Source: a virus | Taxonomy: Duplodnaviria; Caudoviricetes | Length of the DNA stretch: 41,776 nucleotides | Strand: one strand, 5' to 3' | Virus record (IMG/VR): IMGVR_UViG_3300033148_001348 | Coordinates: 1-41,776 of that record | Shown: positions 9,590-18,631 of the stretch, piece by piece | Position numbering within the stretch: position 1 is the stretch's first letter | How the letters are laid out: the number at the start of each line of letters is the position of its first letter | The notes under the pieces: generated by a model | Databases searched by the model: none | What the model saw: the letters and a program-made list of their open reading frames with translations, nothing else | Told to the model about the DNA's origin: nothing | Made by a program: the position numbers and the translations under genes

Positions 9590-10092
9590 GGCCCAGATTC
9601 TCCTGCCACTCCTTCATGTTCAGCGGCCTTCCCGATACCTTCCATCTGCTCATTGATAGCCAACCCGATCTCCTGTAGATCGGCCACATCGATTGTGGCA
9701 CAGTGATTGAACACGGCATTCGTGAATGCGATAGGATCAGCGATCGTCATGATCACCCTCGGATCATCCTGATTCATAATCACATAGATCGCATCCATCA
9801 TTTGATCAGCGGTGATCTCCTGTCCGATGGGCTTTCCTTCATCATCGAACTGCGGCCTTGCGGCGAATGGGGAATTGATCTTACCGAGCAGGTAAAGCGA
9901 TCTCGACGATATGCGGGGGATGCGATATTTGCCATCCAATATCTCTATCCCACCCTCAGGGTGCAACAGGGCATCAACGGATTCTTGAGCCCCAACATCT
10001 GCCTGTTCACCCTTCACTTCATTCACCTGATCCAGCAACGCTGATCTGGCTTCCAACTGTTTCGGGTCTAAGTTCTGGTTCTCTTGATTCAT
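9562..10092 (-). CDS. Tail assembly chaperone (gpG-like)
   Basis: Acidic protein between tail tube and tape measure; GAAGGAG RBS before ATG 10092; slippery site near its 3' end. Confidence 0.75.
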   Translation of the reverse strand: MNQENQNLDPKQLEARSALLDQVNEVKGEQADVGAQESVDALLHPEGGIEILDGKYRIPRISSRSLYLLGKINSPFAARPQFDDEGKPIGQEITADQMMDAIYVIMNQDDPRVIMTIADPIAFTNAVFNHCATIDVADLQEIGLAINEQMEGIGKAAEHEGVAGESGPGEGSGTTT

Positions 10093-10111
10093 CTCTATCT
10101 CCTTCTCATTT

Positions 10112-10354
10112 TCATCTTCGTCTTGGCAATTCGGTATCACACATTCTCACCAGCATCTTCCGGCAATTCTCATATTGCGTGATTCCATCTGCCCCTGTCC
10201 TGTAATCATCCAACAGGGAAGTGTCCTCGACCTCAAACTTGAACTCAAGAACCTGCTTCCCCCTGACCTCCACCTTCTCAAAACCCATGAAAGGACAACC
10301 CTTCGCATACAGCTTCGATGCCAGTGCCAACTCACTTGTCTTTATCTCTGTCAT
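10112..10354 (-). CDS. Small DUF5659-like protein
   Basis: KTSELALASKL..G..F.G.EK.....FKF pattern. Confidence 0.55.
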   Translation of the reverse strand: MTEIKTSELALASKLYAKGCPFMGFEKVEVRGKQVLEFKFEVEDTSLLDDYRTGADGITQYENCRKMLVRMCDTELPRRR

Positions 10355-10372
10355 AATCTCGTCTTTCCCTCA

Positions 10373-10735
10373 TCAACTTCCGAGGTTAGGGTAATACGCT
10401 CCATCAAAGCTCACCTGTCTCCACCCACCATTCGACCACTCATTGGTCGCACGGCTTATGTAGATGATGTCTCCACTTGTCTGGAGTGTGATCTGCGTTC
10501 CAGTTCCCACCTGCCCGGCCGGAGCCAGCGAGAGGTCTTGGTTTCGGTACAGGTATGTACCAGACACACGCTTCATCTTGTTAGTCTGTTCGACGGCCAC
10601 AATGTTATTGCAACCATCACGAGCCTCAACTTCTTCCACCGCCTCCTCACTCGACACCGACTGAATCAGACCCCACGTTTCATCCGTAGTGCCGAACTCA
10701 AGCCGACTGTCTCCAAGTCTCTGTGAACAACTCAT
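10373..10735 (-). CDS. Putative major tail tube protein (compact, 120 aa)
   Basis: Syntenic position between terminator and chaperone; beta-rich; very strong AAGGGAGGAG RBS. Confidence 0.7.
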   Translation of the reverse strand: MSCSQRLGDSRLEFGTTDETWGLIQSVSSEEAVEEVEARDGCNNIVAVEQTNKMKRVSGTYLYRNQDLSLAPAGQVGTGTQITLQTSGDIIYISRATNEWSNGGWRQVSFDGAYYPNLGS

Positions 10736-10756
10736 TGTTCTCCTCCCTTTCTTTTC

Positions 10757-11239
10757 TTACACTACACCTATCGACGGACGCACCAGCATCCTCACATCAA
10801 GAAACATCTCATATATCTCTTGCCCTTCGGAGAAATCCACTGGCAAGTTGTCCACCATTACATCCTCACACGTTAATTCAGACCCGGCAGTTTGTGCAGA
10901 AGTGCTGTTGGTGATTTGAGTTGCCAGATCACATTGCTGTGCCCAGCCTCTCAACCATCCCAGAACCTTCTTCACCTTCGCTGTGTCTTTGTCGTCCTCC
11001 TTATACGTGCAAGAACCCAGTCGGATGTTACCCATGTACCATCCAGTGCGGACTGTGAACTCCCCGAAAGCCTCTGCCTTGTAATACGCACAGGGATACT
11101 GTGTCGTATGATCCCCGGCATACGCAACAAATATCTTTCCTGCTCCTCCCAGTTCTGTGTTCAACTCGCTCATGGCATTCAGCAATTCACCGACTGCACT
11201 CTCCACCCGAGTCTCCACATCTAATGCGACTAAAGCCAT
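10757..11239 (-). CDS. Putative tail terminator/completion protein
   Basis: Syntenic position; YPCAYY motif; start moved to ATG 11239. Confidence 0.6.
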   Translation of the reverse strand: MALVALDVETRVESAVGELLNAMSELNTELGGAGKIFVAYAGDHTTQYPCAYYKAEAFGEFTVRTGWYMGNIRLGSCTYKEDDKDTAKVKKVLGWLRGWAQQCDLATQITNSTSAQTAGSELTCEDVMVDNLPVDFSEGQEIYEMFLDVRMLVRPSIGVV

Positions 11240-11688
11240 GCTTGTAATTCCCTTCGATACGTCTGATCCAAAAGCTGTTCGCCCTTTGCAATCTGTTGTG
11301 CCAGAGCCTTTTGCGGCCAATCGCCATGCCCCACAATCTTTGTGATGTACGGCACTCCATTGGTCATGACGATCCGGGGATTGCTCACATTCATCGATCC
11401 ATCAACAAGCGATCCCTCTCCCCTATCTGGGAAAGTGGTATACACAGTCGTTCCTCCCAGACCCGCCACTGCCGGCCACCATCCGGCCCTCGCCCTTCCC
11501 CTCCCGACTACGACTCGGCCTCTGTGCCTGAACGGAGCAATCGGCGTGAACCAAGCCAATGCCCTGCCCAGCATCTTCGCCTGAAATCTGACAAACGAAC
11601 CTCCTGCACGGTCACTCCTGCCCTTGATCCTCTTCCATTGGGCAAAGAAGCTCCTCATATCCCACTCAATTCCTGTCTTGGCGGCCAT
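11230..11688 (-). CDS. Neck protein, HK97 gp10-like
   Basis: TP...GRARAGW...NGVPYI motif. Confidence 0.8.
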   Translation of the reverse strand: MAAKTGIEWDMRSFFAQWKRIKGRSDRAGGSFVRFQAKMLGRALAWFTPIAPFRHRGRVVVGRGRARAGWWPAVAGLGGTTVYTTFPDRGEGSLVDGSMNVSNPRIVMTNGVPYITKIVGHGDWPQKALAQQIAKGEQLLDQTYRRELQAWL

Positions 11689-12047
11689 TAGACTCTCCCC
11701 CCGTAACTCGGACCCGGCAACTTGTTCTGGAACTTGTTGCCCAGATCGATTCTGTATCCGACATCAACAGAATCTCTCGCTGTTCTCATCACACGGTATT
11801 CGGTTTCGGCTGTCCCGATCTTCACCACTGATCCCTCCAACGGCAGATTCGTCCATTCACTGATCACCAACATCACACTGAAACGATAATCATTTTCCAA
11901 CCCTGCGGCAATCACATCATGCTGGTTGACCAGATTCGTCTTGATCCCTTGCCATGTCTCTTCTGGAGTCGCACCCTTCACCTGTATCGGGTCTTCGTCC
12001 CTCAGGTCTTTCAACTCATCATCAAGTGCTGTCTTATCGATAGCCAC
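11688..12047 (-). CDS. Head-tail joining/closure protein
   Basis: 119 aa; P..GSVVKIG...YRV pattern typical of head closure proteins; synteny. Confidence 0.65.
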   Translation of the reverse strand: MAIDKTALDDELKDLRDEDPIQVKGATPEETWQGIKTNLVNQHDVIAAGLENDYRFSVMLVISEWTNLPLEGSVVKIGTAETEYRVMRTARDSVDVGYRIDLGNKFQNKLPGPSYGGRV

Positions 12048-12606
12048 GCTTCACCACTTTCTTAGTCAGATCGTTGAACACCCCTTCGCTCTGCCTCTTC
12101 TGCGTGGTGAGAGGTGTCGGGTTCGTCTTCTTCCAGAGGTTCATGTTCCCACCCTTCAACCATGAAACTGCGACACCTTCCGTACACCAGTTGGCCCACT
12201 CCCATCCTGCGGCCTTCTTCCAGATATCGCCGAATATACATTTCAAGGCCAACCTCGGAAATGCGGCGATGTCATACACAGTTCCCTTCACATACTTGAT
12301 CCAATACTCAGCCGCACCCATACCCTTCTCATGCGTATATTCCTCAGGCAACAGGAACTTGACCTTCCATGCTCCACTCGCAACCTTCTCATCATATTCC
12401 TCAATCGGCGTGAGCTTCGCTGTTATCGGTTGTGCATCTCCCACATAGATTCTGCCACTCGGCATGATGATCACAATCGCATCGTGCGAACTCCAGCACA
12501 CCTTGAGCATCTTCATCACCATCTTGCCCATCATCGAATCGCTCTTGAGCCTGACAACCATGCCCTGCCTCAATTCATCCCGGTTGAAACATTTCAATCT
12601 GGTCAC
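12034..12606 (-). CDS. Permuted papain-like (NlpC/P60, YiiX/YebB-like) enzyme
   Basis: His motif WSSHDAIV precedes G..YD and Cys motif WCTEGVA; GTG start overlaps the upstream stop. Confidence 0.75.
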   Translation of the reverse strand: MTRLKCFNRDELRQGMVVRLKSDSMMGKMVMKMLKVCWSSHDAIVIIMPSGRIYVGDAQPITAKLTPIEEYDEKVASGAWKVKFLLPEEYTHEKGMGAAEYWIKYVKGTVYDIAAFPRLALKCIFGDIWKKAAGWEWANWCTEGVAVSWLKGGNMNLWKKTNPTPLTTQKRQSEGVFNDLTKKVVKRGYR

Positions 12607-13250
12607 TTGCTCTCTCCATGTAAATCTCTCGCCCTTCCCTCCATGTGGAAGTGCTGGTGAACCCACGAATGCTCATGGTTGAAGCTGAACCAGACATCCT
12701 TGTATGGCTCATTCATCTTGTGAAGCACCTTCTCCTTCACCGGCACACTGGGATCGGGCAGATAGCACCAATCCAGAACCACCCACTCATTGTCAGTTTC
12801 CCGACAATAACAGCAATAGCCATGACCGCCCTGAGGAGCCGTAGGAGCCTCCTGAACCCATCCTGCCGCCACCCTCACTCTCCATCGATCCTCAGGAGGT
12901 AGGCTATTCAAGAGCATACTGGCTATCAAGATCGCCCCATCCTCACAGTCTCCCTGACACATCTCCAATGTCTCACCGGGAAATAGCCAATACTCCGCAC
13001 ATCCGAGGCTCTTATCAGAAACATATTTGAGGGAACTGATCACATATTGCTGGATCGCATGGGCGGTCTGATCTCCATCACCCATGATCAACCCCTCACT
13101 CATGGCCTTCTCCAACAACAATAAATCCTGCGGCCAAATGAAGTGCCTCACATCCATCCCGAACCTCTCACCATTCGGCAACGGCCGCCCCTGATAAATC
13201 TGCGGGGCTATCGGGTGGTTCTTCGTCCAGTATGCTTCATCCTTTTTCAT
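12603..13250 (-). CDS. Transglutaminase-like cysteine peptidase
   Basis: YW.FP.ETL...GDCEDGAIL, GGHGY and VVLDW give a Cys-His-Asp triad. Confidence 0.85.
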   Translation of the reverse strand: MKKDEAYWTKNHPIAPQIYQGRPLPNGERFGMDVRHFIWPQDLLLLEKAMSEGLIMGDGDQTAHAIQQYVISSLKYVSDKSLGCAEYWLFPGETLEMCQGDCEDGAILIASMLLNSLPPEDRWRVRVAAGWVQEAPTAPQGGHGYCCYCRETDNEWVVLDWCYLPDPSVPVKEKVLHKMNEPYKDVWFSFNHEHSWVHQHFHMEGRARDLHGESK

Positions 13251-13252
13251 AT

Positions 13253-13591
13253 TCAATTCCCTGCGAACTTGATCACGGCAACGATGATCTCTCGCACAAT
13301 CCACAGAGCCGCAACAGCCCCTCCACTTTGAAGTGCGATGATCTTGGCCTTTCCATTCAGACCGGGTTGCCCATTGGTGTAAGTGGTACTCTGGGGAGCA
13401 CCCTTGCCATCGTGATTATGCGAATCAGATTCCAATGTCGTGAGTCTCTTGAACTGCTCTCTGTCATTCCTCTCTAAAATCTCGATGGACTTCTCAGTGT
13501 TTCCGGCGAACCGCATCATTCGCTCTCTGTACGACATATCATCCGATATGATCTTGGAAATATCCTGTGTCTTGTCTGATCCGTCGCCCAT
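13253..13591 (-). CDS. Membrane protein, holin-like candidate
   Basis: Coiled-coil N-terminus plus one C-terminal hydrophobic helix; lies next to the two peptidases. Confidence 0.45.
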   Translation of the reverse strand: MGDGSDKTQDISKIISDDMSYRERMMRFAGNTEKSIEILERNDREQFKRLTTLESDSHNHDGKGAPQSTTYTNGQPGLNGKAKIIALQSGGAVAALWIVREIIVAVIKFAGN

Positions 13592-13601
13592 CACATCCCC
13601 C

Positions 13602-14039
13602 TTATTGTCCGCCACTCGCCCAATTCGTTCCACCTAGCACACTGAGAATCCCATCATGGTCATATTCCGTGTAGCTGATTCCCAACTCTGCCGCCTTGTT
13701 CCTGAGATACAGTGCATTGGTTTCAACACCTGTCTTGCAGATTGCCCACTTCTCATCCAATGACTTCCTCAATGTGTTCACACTTGTCTCTGCGATCCTC
13801 TCCTGAAACTCTGCAATATCAATCCCTCCTGTCGCCGCAACCTGACCGAACCTCACATAGTCAAAGATGGCATATTGTCTCGACGAAGGACTCGTGGCCT
13901 CACCCAACACCATCGTGTAAGTCGGTATCTCGATGCAAGAGGGATGGATCACTGGCTCCTCCGACCTGCGGGGCTTGTTCGACAGACACCCTGCGAACAT
14001 GAGAACCACTGACACCACAATCACAAGAATCTTCTTCAT
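13602..14039 (-). CDS. Lipoprotein
   Basis: MKKILVIVVSVVLMFAG-C lipobox. Confidence 0.8.
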   Translation of the reverse strand: MKKILVIVVSVVLMFAGCLSNKPRRSEEPVIHPSCIEIPTYTMVLGEATSPSSRQYAIFDYVRFGQVAATGGIDIAEFQERIAETSVNTLRKSLDEKWAICKTGVETNALYLRNKAAELGISYTEYDHDGILSVLGGTNWASGGQ

Positions 14040-14049
14040 CCTAAACTCC

Positions 14050-14847
14050 CTATGGTACGTCTGCTTCTATCGTCGGGCTGTTGATACCCGTTCCATTGTT
14101 TGTTCCCTGACGATCTTCATAGAGTGATGGCGTGTCCGGGTCGTCGCCCATACGCCACCAACTGATTATGTTTGTCGAAGCTGAATGATTCGCAAGATCA
14201 GCAGGACTTCCTCCACTATAGACTTCCACCACTTCATTTGATGATAACCCTTTGTCCCATAGTGATACCTCATCTTCGTTCCCATCGAAATAGTTTGCTG
14301 AAGTGTACCTTCGTCCTATACGAAGATCATCAGTTGACGAAAAGTCTCTAATCACCAGTGGTGTGGCAGAATCCACTTCAATGCTATCAACATACATCTT
14401 GAGGGTAGTCCCTATTCTAGTGACGGCCACATGGTGCCATACATCATCATCATAGGCTGTCAGGTCTTCGAGATAAGCGTAGGCACCATAGAAAAAGCGG
14501 AGCGCATGATTGTTACGAAAATACAACTGATAACCAGTGCCTCCTCCAATGTCGTTTCCTTTCGAGATGATAGTCCTGTGCGTTGCCTCTGAAGGTGCTT
14601 TGAACCAAGTGGAGATTGTGAAGTCATTTGTTCCGAATCGCAACTCAGGCGCATCAGGAACTTCGACATATTCATCCACGCCATCGAACAGGGTGCTGTT
14701 GGTATTGCTCCAGCCTACAGGTGCGGAAGCCTCGACCTGAATCTTCGTGCCGATGCGGATGATCTTCGTGCCATTCCTAATTATATTCTCGGCACAAGCA
14801 ATCACAGCGAAGCAACACAAGAGCGTTATCAGAATCCATCTCTTCAT
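14050..14847 (-). CDS. LamG/concanavalin-like domain protein with signal peptide
   Basis: MKRWILITLLCCFAVIACA|E; FDGVDEYV, FTISTWFK, WHHVAVTR, YFDGNEDEV motifs. Confidence 0.9.
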   Translation of the reverse strand: MKRWILITLLCCFAVIACAENIIRNGTKIIRIGTKIQVEASAPVGWSNTNSTLFDGVDEYVEVPDAPELRFGTNDFTISTWFKAPSEATHRTIISKGNDIGGGTGYQLYFRNNHALRFFYGAYAYLEDLTAYDDDVWHHVAVTRIGTTLKMYVDSIEVDSATPLVIRDFSSTDDLRIGRRYTSANYFDGNEDEVSLWDKGLSSNEVVEVYSGGSPADLANHSASTNIISWWRMGDDPDTPSLYEDRQGTNNGTGINSPTIEADVP

Positions 14848-14856
14848 CTTACTCTC

Positions 14857-16200
14857 CTATAAGCATCGGATCAGTTTCAGTTGAACCTTGTTCGGATCAA
14901 AATCTTGGTTTCCGACAAGACTTTTCACCTGCACCGTCACATCGGAGGTGACATTCGTGATCGTGATCAGACCGGTTCCCGACATACTTCCGATGTCATT
15001 GTTGCTGGTCTTTCTCTGCCACTCGATCTGGTTCTGTTCAACATCATCCACGAAGATAGCGGCTTCGTACTCTCCACTTGCCTGACCACTGAACGAGATA
15101 GCCGCCTCTGCATCATAATCTCCGACCCTGAGAGGCCGAAGGACTCCATTCGCAGGTGTAGCGGTCATTCCCTTTGCGAGATAGGTGGTCATATTCGTGA
15201 TCGTGGCATAGTTCGTCGTGACGTTCTGCTCCTGCGTCCCATCCATATAGAGTTGACCTCTATTCTGGAAGATCAGATTCGATACCGCAACGAAGTTCAT
15301 CGCCTCGCTTCCTTCATCACCGATCCCCGCCACATAGAGATTTCTGAGAGGGAAATCCGCCGATGCCACATCGTATGCATTACTGGTATCAGGAATGAAA
15401 TGACCATCGAATGTTATCTGTGAAATCGAGATGTTTGTCTCTGATCCATCGAACAACTGACCATCGATCTTGAAGCCACCGGCGAAATTCGGAACACCGG
15501 TGAAATTGGTGGTCGTCGTATTATTGGCCGGGGCCGCAGTCAGGTATCCAGAATCATTATTGTAGTCGGAGAGATTCGTACTCGCCCCGATGCCTCCAGT
15601 GATCAAATATCCTGCGTCATTGTTATAGCTCGACAGATTGGTCCATGACCCGATCCCGCCTGTTATCAAGAATCCTGCATCGTTATTATACGCAGAGAGA
15701 TTCGTACTCGCTCCGATGCCGCCTGTTATCAGATACCCTGCATCATTGAAATATGCTCCGACATTCGTCCACGACCCGACTCCTCCGGTGATCAAGAATC
15801 CCGCATCATTGTTGTACGCCGATAGATTGGTACTTGCACCGACCCCTCCCGTGATCAGAAATCCAGAATCGTTGTTGTAGTCGGAGAGATTGGTACTCGC
15901 TCCGACTCCTCCAGTGATCAGGTATCCTGCGTCATTGAAATATGCCCCGACATTCGTCCACGATCCCACTCCTCCAGTGACAAGAAAGCCTACGTCATTA
16001 TTGTAGGCAGAGAGATTCGTCGATGTTCCTGCTCCACCACTGGTCAAGAAAGGGACATCATTGTTGTACGCCGACAGATCGAGCGATGTTCCGGGATCAC
16101 CCACCTTCAAACTGGTACTTGCCCCATTCACGATTGTTGCCGCTTCAACCGAAATGGAGAGCAGACAAACTGCCGCCAACCACAAGATCATATTTTTCAT
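14857..16200 (-). CDS. Fibre-like repeat protein with signal peptide and C1q/BclA-like C-terminus
   Basis: MKNMILWLAAVCLLSISVEA|A; 21-aa repeats; GHFIPDTSNAYDV fibre motif; beta-sandwich C-terminus. Confidence 0.75.
   Translation of the reverse strand: MKNMILWLAAVCLLSISVEAATIVNGASTSLKVGDPGTSLDLSAYNNDVPFLTSGGAGTSTNLSAYNNDVGFLVTGGVGSWTNVGAYFNDAGYLITGGVGASTNLSDYNNDSGFLITGGVGASTNLSAYNNDAGFLITGGVGSWTNVGAYFNDAGYLITGGIGASTNLSAYNNDAGFLITGGIGSWTNLSSYNNDAGYLITGGIGASTNLSDYNNDSGYLTAAPANNTTTTNFTGVPNFAGGFKIDGQLFDGSETNISISQITFDGHFIPDTSNAYDVASADFPLRNLYVAGIGDEGSEAMNFVAVSNLIFQNRGQLYMDGTQEQNVTTNYATITNMTTYLAKGMTATPANGVLRPLRVGDYDAEAAISFSGQASGEYEAAIFVDDVEQNQIEWQRKTSNNDIGSMSGTGLITITNVTSDVTVQVKSLVGNQDFDPNKVQLKLIRCL
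15538..16080 (-). repeat. About 9 copies of a 63-bp coding repeat (NLSAYNNDAGFLITGGVGAST)
   Basis: Visible in both protein and DNA, with synonymous divergence between copies. Confidence 0.95.
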
Positions 16201-16583
16201 TACATCGCTCTCCCATCATTCCGATTTATCGTTGTCCTCAAGACCTGACCAGCCGTGTCTGTGATCACTATGACATCCCCGACTTCAAGAAAGAGTGAGT
16301 TCTGCGAATCAGGCGTGAAGATCAAACTATCCATTGGATTCGCTGTCTCATTAACCAATCCATTTGTCACAGCCCCCGACTGTGTGATCAGATTGGCTGT
16401 GATCGTGTTCGACACCCCCACTGCGGCATCAACATAGATGCTCGACAGATACCCCGGCACATCATTCGTATAGCTGTATGGCCCTATTCCGGTTGCCTTG
16501 ACAGGGTGCAACCATCCGGCCAATGCGGTAGCACTTACGAGTAACCCTGCCATTGCCATTGTGATTAAGATTCTGCTTTTCAT
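16200..16583 (-). CDS. Small beta-rich protein with signal peptide
   Basis: MKSRILITMAMAGLLVSATALA|G. Confidence 0.8.
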   Translation of the reverse strand: MKSRILITMAMAGLLVSATALAGWLHPVKATGIGPYSYTNDVPGYLSSIYVDAAVGVSNTITANLITQSGAVTNGLVNETANPMDSLIFTPDSQNSLFLEVGDVIVITDTAGQVLRTTINRNDGRAM

Positions 16584-16605
16584 CCTTCTCTCCTTTGTCT
16601 GTTTC

Positions 16606-17043
16606 TTACGTTTCGATATTCTGTAACTGGAACTCTGATCTCACCGGATCAAAAGTTGACTTTGCCCTGATCTTCAACTTCCCGGCCAACGATGGAGCAT
16701 TGTTCTCGATCCAAGTATCAATCTGCGCCTTTGTCGGTCTCTTTGGGAAACGAGGTATCCAAGTCCCATCGGGCTTTCGGATGAGAACGCCCTTGACCAA
16801 TACGATGATGGATGGAGTCGGTGCGTACTCATATTCCCTCAGATCACCAAAGGTCAATGTGTCGTCATTGAACAATGATCTCATCTTATTCTTAAAGGCA
16901 ATCTTGTCTGCTTGGGTAGCCGCTTGCAGATCAGTCTTGCGAATCACGAAAAATAATCGGAGAGTTTGATCTTCGGCCCGTGCCGTTCCTGAGAACACAC
17001 CCAACAGAAGCAATATCATCAATACTAGAATCACTCTATTCAC
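16606..17043 (-). CDS. Basic protein with signal peptide
   Basis: GTG 17043 after GGGAGG gives MNRVILVLMILLLLGVFSGTARA|E. Confidence 0.75.
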   Translation of the reverse strand: MNRVILVLMILLLLGVFSGTARAEDQTLRLFFVIRKTDLQAATQADKIAFKNKMRSLFNDDTLTFGDLREYEYAPTPSIIVLVKGVLIRKPDGTWIPRFPKRPTKAQIDTWIENNAPSLAGKLKIRAKSTFDPVRSEFQLQNIET

Positions 17044-18631
17044 CTTGTCTTTCCTCCCTACTTGCTGTCGGTGGTGTATTGGTGTACCTGTCGCTGATCG
17101 CAAACTGCGGAAGATTTGTAAAGGCGACGATGAAATCATTTAGCTGTCCATTGTAATACTGCGACCCGGCCCCGGCTGGTCGTCGTCCGATATTCGGATC
17201 AACGGAAGAGCCATTCCAACTGTCAACTGTCCCTCCACTACTGTACGATACAGCCTCGTCAGCTCCATCAACAAAGATCGTGAGATTGCTTTCGCTGAAT
17301 GTACCATCCCACGCAAATGCAACATGATACCAAGTGCCAGAAGAAGATATGGGATCACTGGTCGTTTCTGCTGATATGAAGTTTCCAGAACCATCATCAT
17401 AGATCGTCACCTGCAAGTTGCTATCCGAGTTTCCGACCTGACACTCAAATCCATTCGTCCCATCGTAATTTGCAACAAGTGTCTGGGTATCCCATAAATC
17501 TCTGGGACGAATCCACATCTCTGCGGTGAAACCAGTTCCCATATTGGTGGCGAAATTATTGGTGCAGACAATCGCATCATCGACCTCATCAAAATCGATG
17601 CAATGAATCAGGGTGAGGTCCACCGGATTCGTCCCACAGACAATTTGTTGCCCCGCACCATCCCACACAGTCGGTATCATCGTTCCATGATAACCATTCA
17701 GAGAATCGAATGCGGAGAGAATATATGATTTGCTCAAGTCAAGATGGAGACTGACTCCAGAGGGGATATCGCCAGTAGAGATGCTCTGTCCTGCATCATA
17801 ATAGTTTGTACGTTCTCCATCTGATAGACCACGCTTCCACATTGTAAGGGCGTGTACTCTGGAATTGCCATACCGACCACTCAAACGGCGAGAGCGACCC
17901 ATCCTCACACTGTAAGCACCATCACAAGGATCAAAGTTTCCAGAGGGGAAATTGTTTCTTGTTTGTGCATGATTCAGATTGCGATACATTGAAATGTTCG
18001 TCAAACCTGATCTGACGAAAGTAGAGAGGCGTACAATCCCATAAGTGGTTTTTAGCGAAGTTGAGCCAACATCAAACACGGTACTATTGGTTGTGATCTC
18101 CATAATATCAGCCCACTGAGTACCAGTAATATCGTTGGGGTGCAGATACATCTTGTCGGTAGAGTAACTATCATTCCACGATAGTATATTTGCGACATTG
18201 GCTATATCCTCAATGAAGTCATACCAAAGCCCGACAGTGAAATCGGTTTCTTGAGGAGTGATATTGGTACTGTAACTGACATTGATATAGTCTGCCTCTC
18301 CCATTCCAACACGCCATGCACTGTTCGTTGTATCGTAGAAGCAATCACCATAGATTGTCATCAGAGTCCCATTTCCAGATTCATCAGGGATACCGACAGT
18401 GGCCTCATAATACTGGATCAGATCAAGGTCCGAAGCATAAGAATCGACCCACCCACCATCTTCCCCGACAAACAGAATTGTCGCAACTCCATCGACAAGA
18501 GGCCCTGTTGGTTCGGTGTAGAATCCATTGCTCACGAATGTGGTTTCGGAAACAAAGGCTGTTGCGTGAACCATCGACATCATAGACATCAAGGCGACCA
18601 CAACACTAAGGAATTGGACGCCACACTTCAT
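17036..18631 (-). CDS. Tandem LamG-like domain protein with signal peptide
   Basis: MKCGVQFLSVVVALMSMMSMVHA|T from ATG 18631; DFTVGLWY and FTAEMWIRP..WYHVAFAWDG motifs. Confidence 0.85.
   Translation of the reverse strand: MKCGVQFLSVVVALMSMMSMVHATAFVSETTFVSNGFYTEPTGPLVDGVATILFVGEDGGWVDSYASDLDLIQYYEATVGIPDESGNGTLMTIYGDCFYDTTNSAWRVGMGEADYINVSYSTNITPQETDFTVGLWYDFIEDIANVANILSWNDSYSTDKMYLHPNDITGTQWADIMEITTNSTVFDVGSTSLKTTYGIVRLSTFVRSGLTNISMYRNLNHAQTRNNFPSGNFDPCDGAYSVRMGRSRRLSGRYGNSRVHALTMWKRGLSDGERTNYYDAGQSISTGDIPSGVSLHLDLSKSYILSAFDSLNGYHGTMIPTVWDGAGQQIVCGTNPVDLTLIHCIDFDEVDDAIVCTNNFATNMGTGFTAEMWIRPRDLWDTQTLVANYDGTNGFECQVGNSDSNLQVTIYDDGSGNFISAETTSDPISSSGTWYHVAFAWDGTFSESNLTIFVDGADEAVSYSSGGTVDSWNGSSVDPNIGRRPAGAGSQYYNGQLNDFIVAFTNLPQFAISDRYTNTPPTASREERQGE

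Noticed and set aside
15538-16080. 63-bp periodic repeat as a CRISPR array or DGR template/variable pair
   Set aside because: In-frame coding repeat with synonymous variation, no unique spacers, no adenine-specific pattern and no reverse transcriptase
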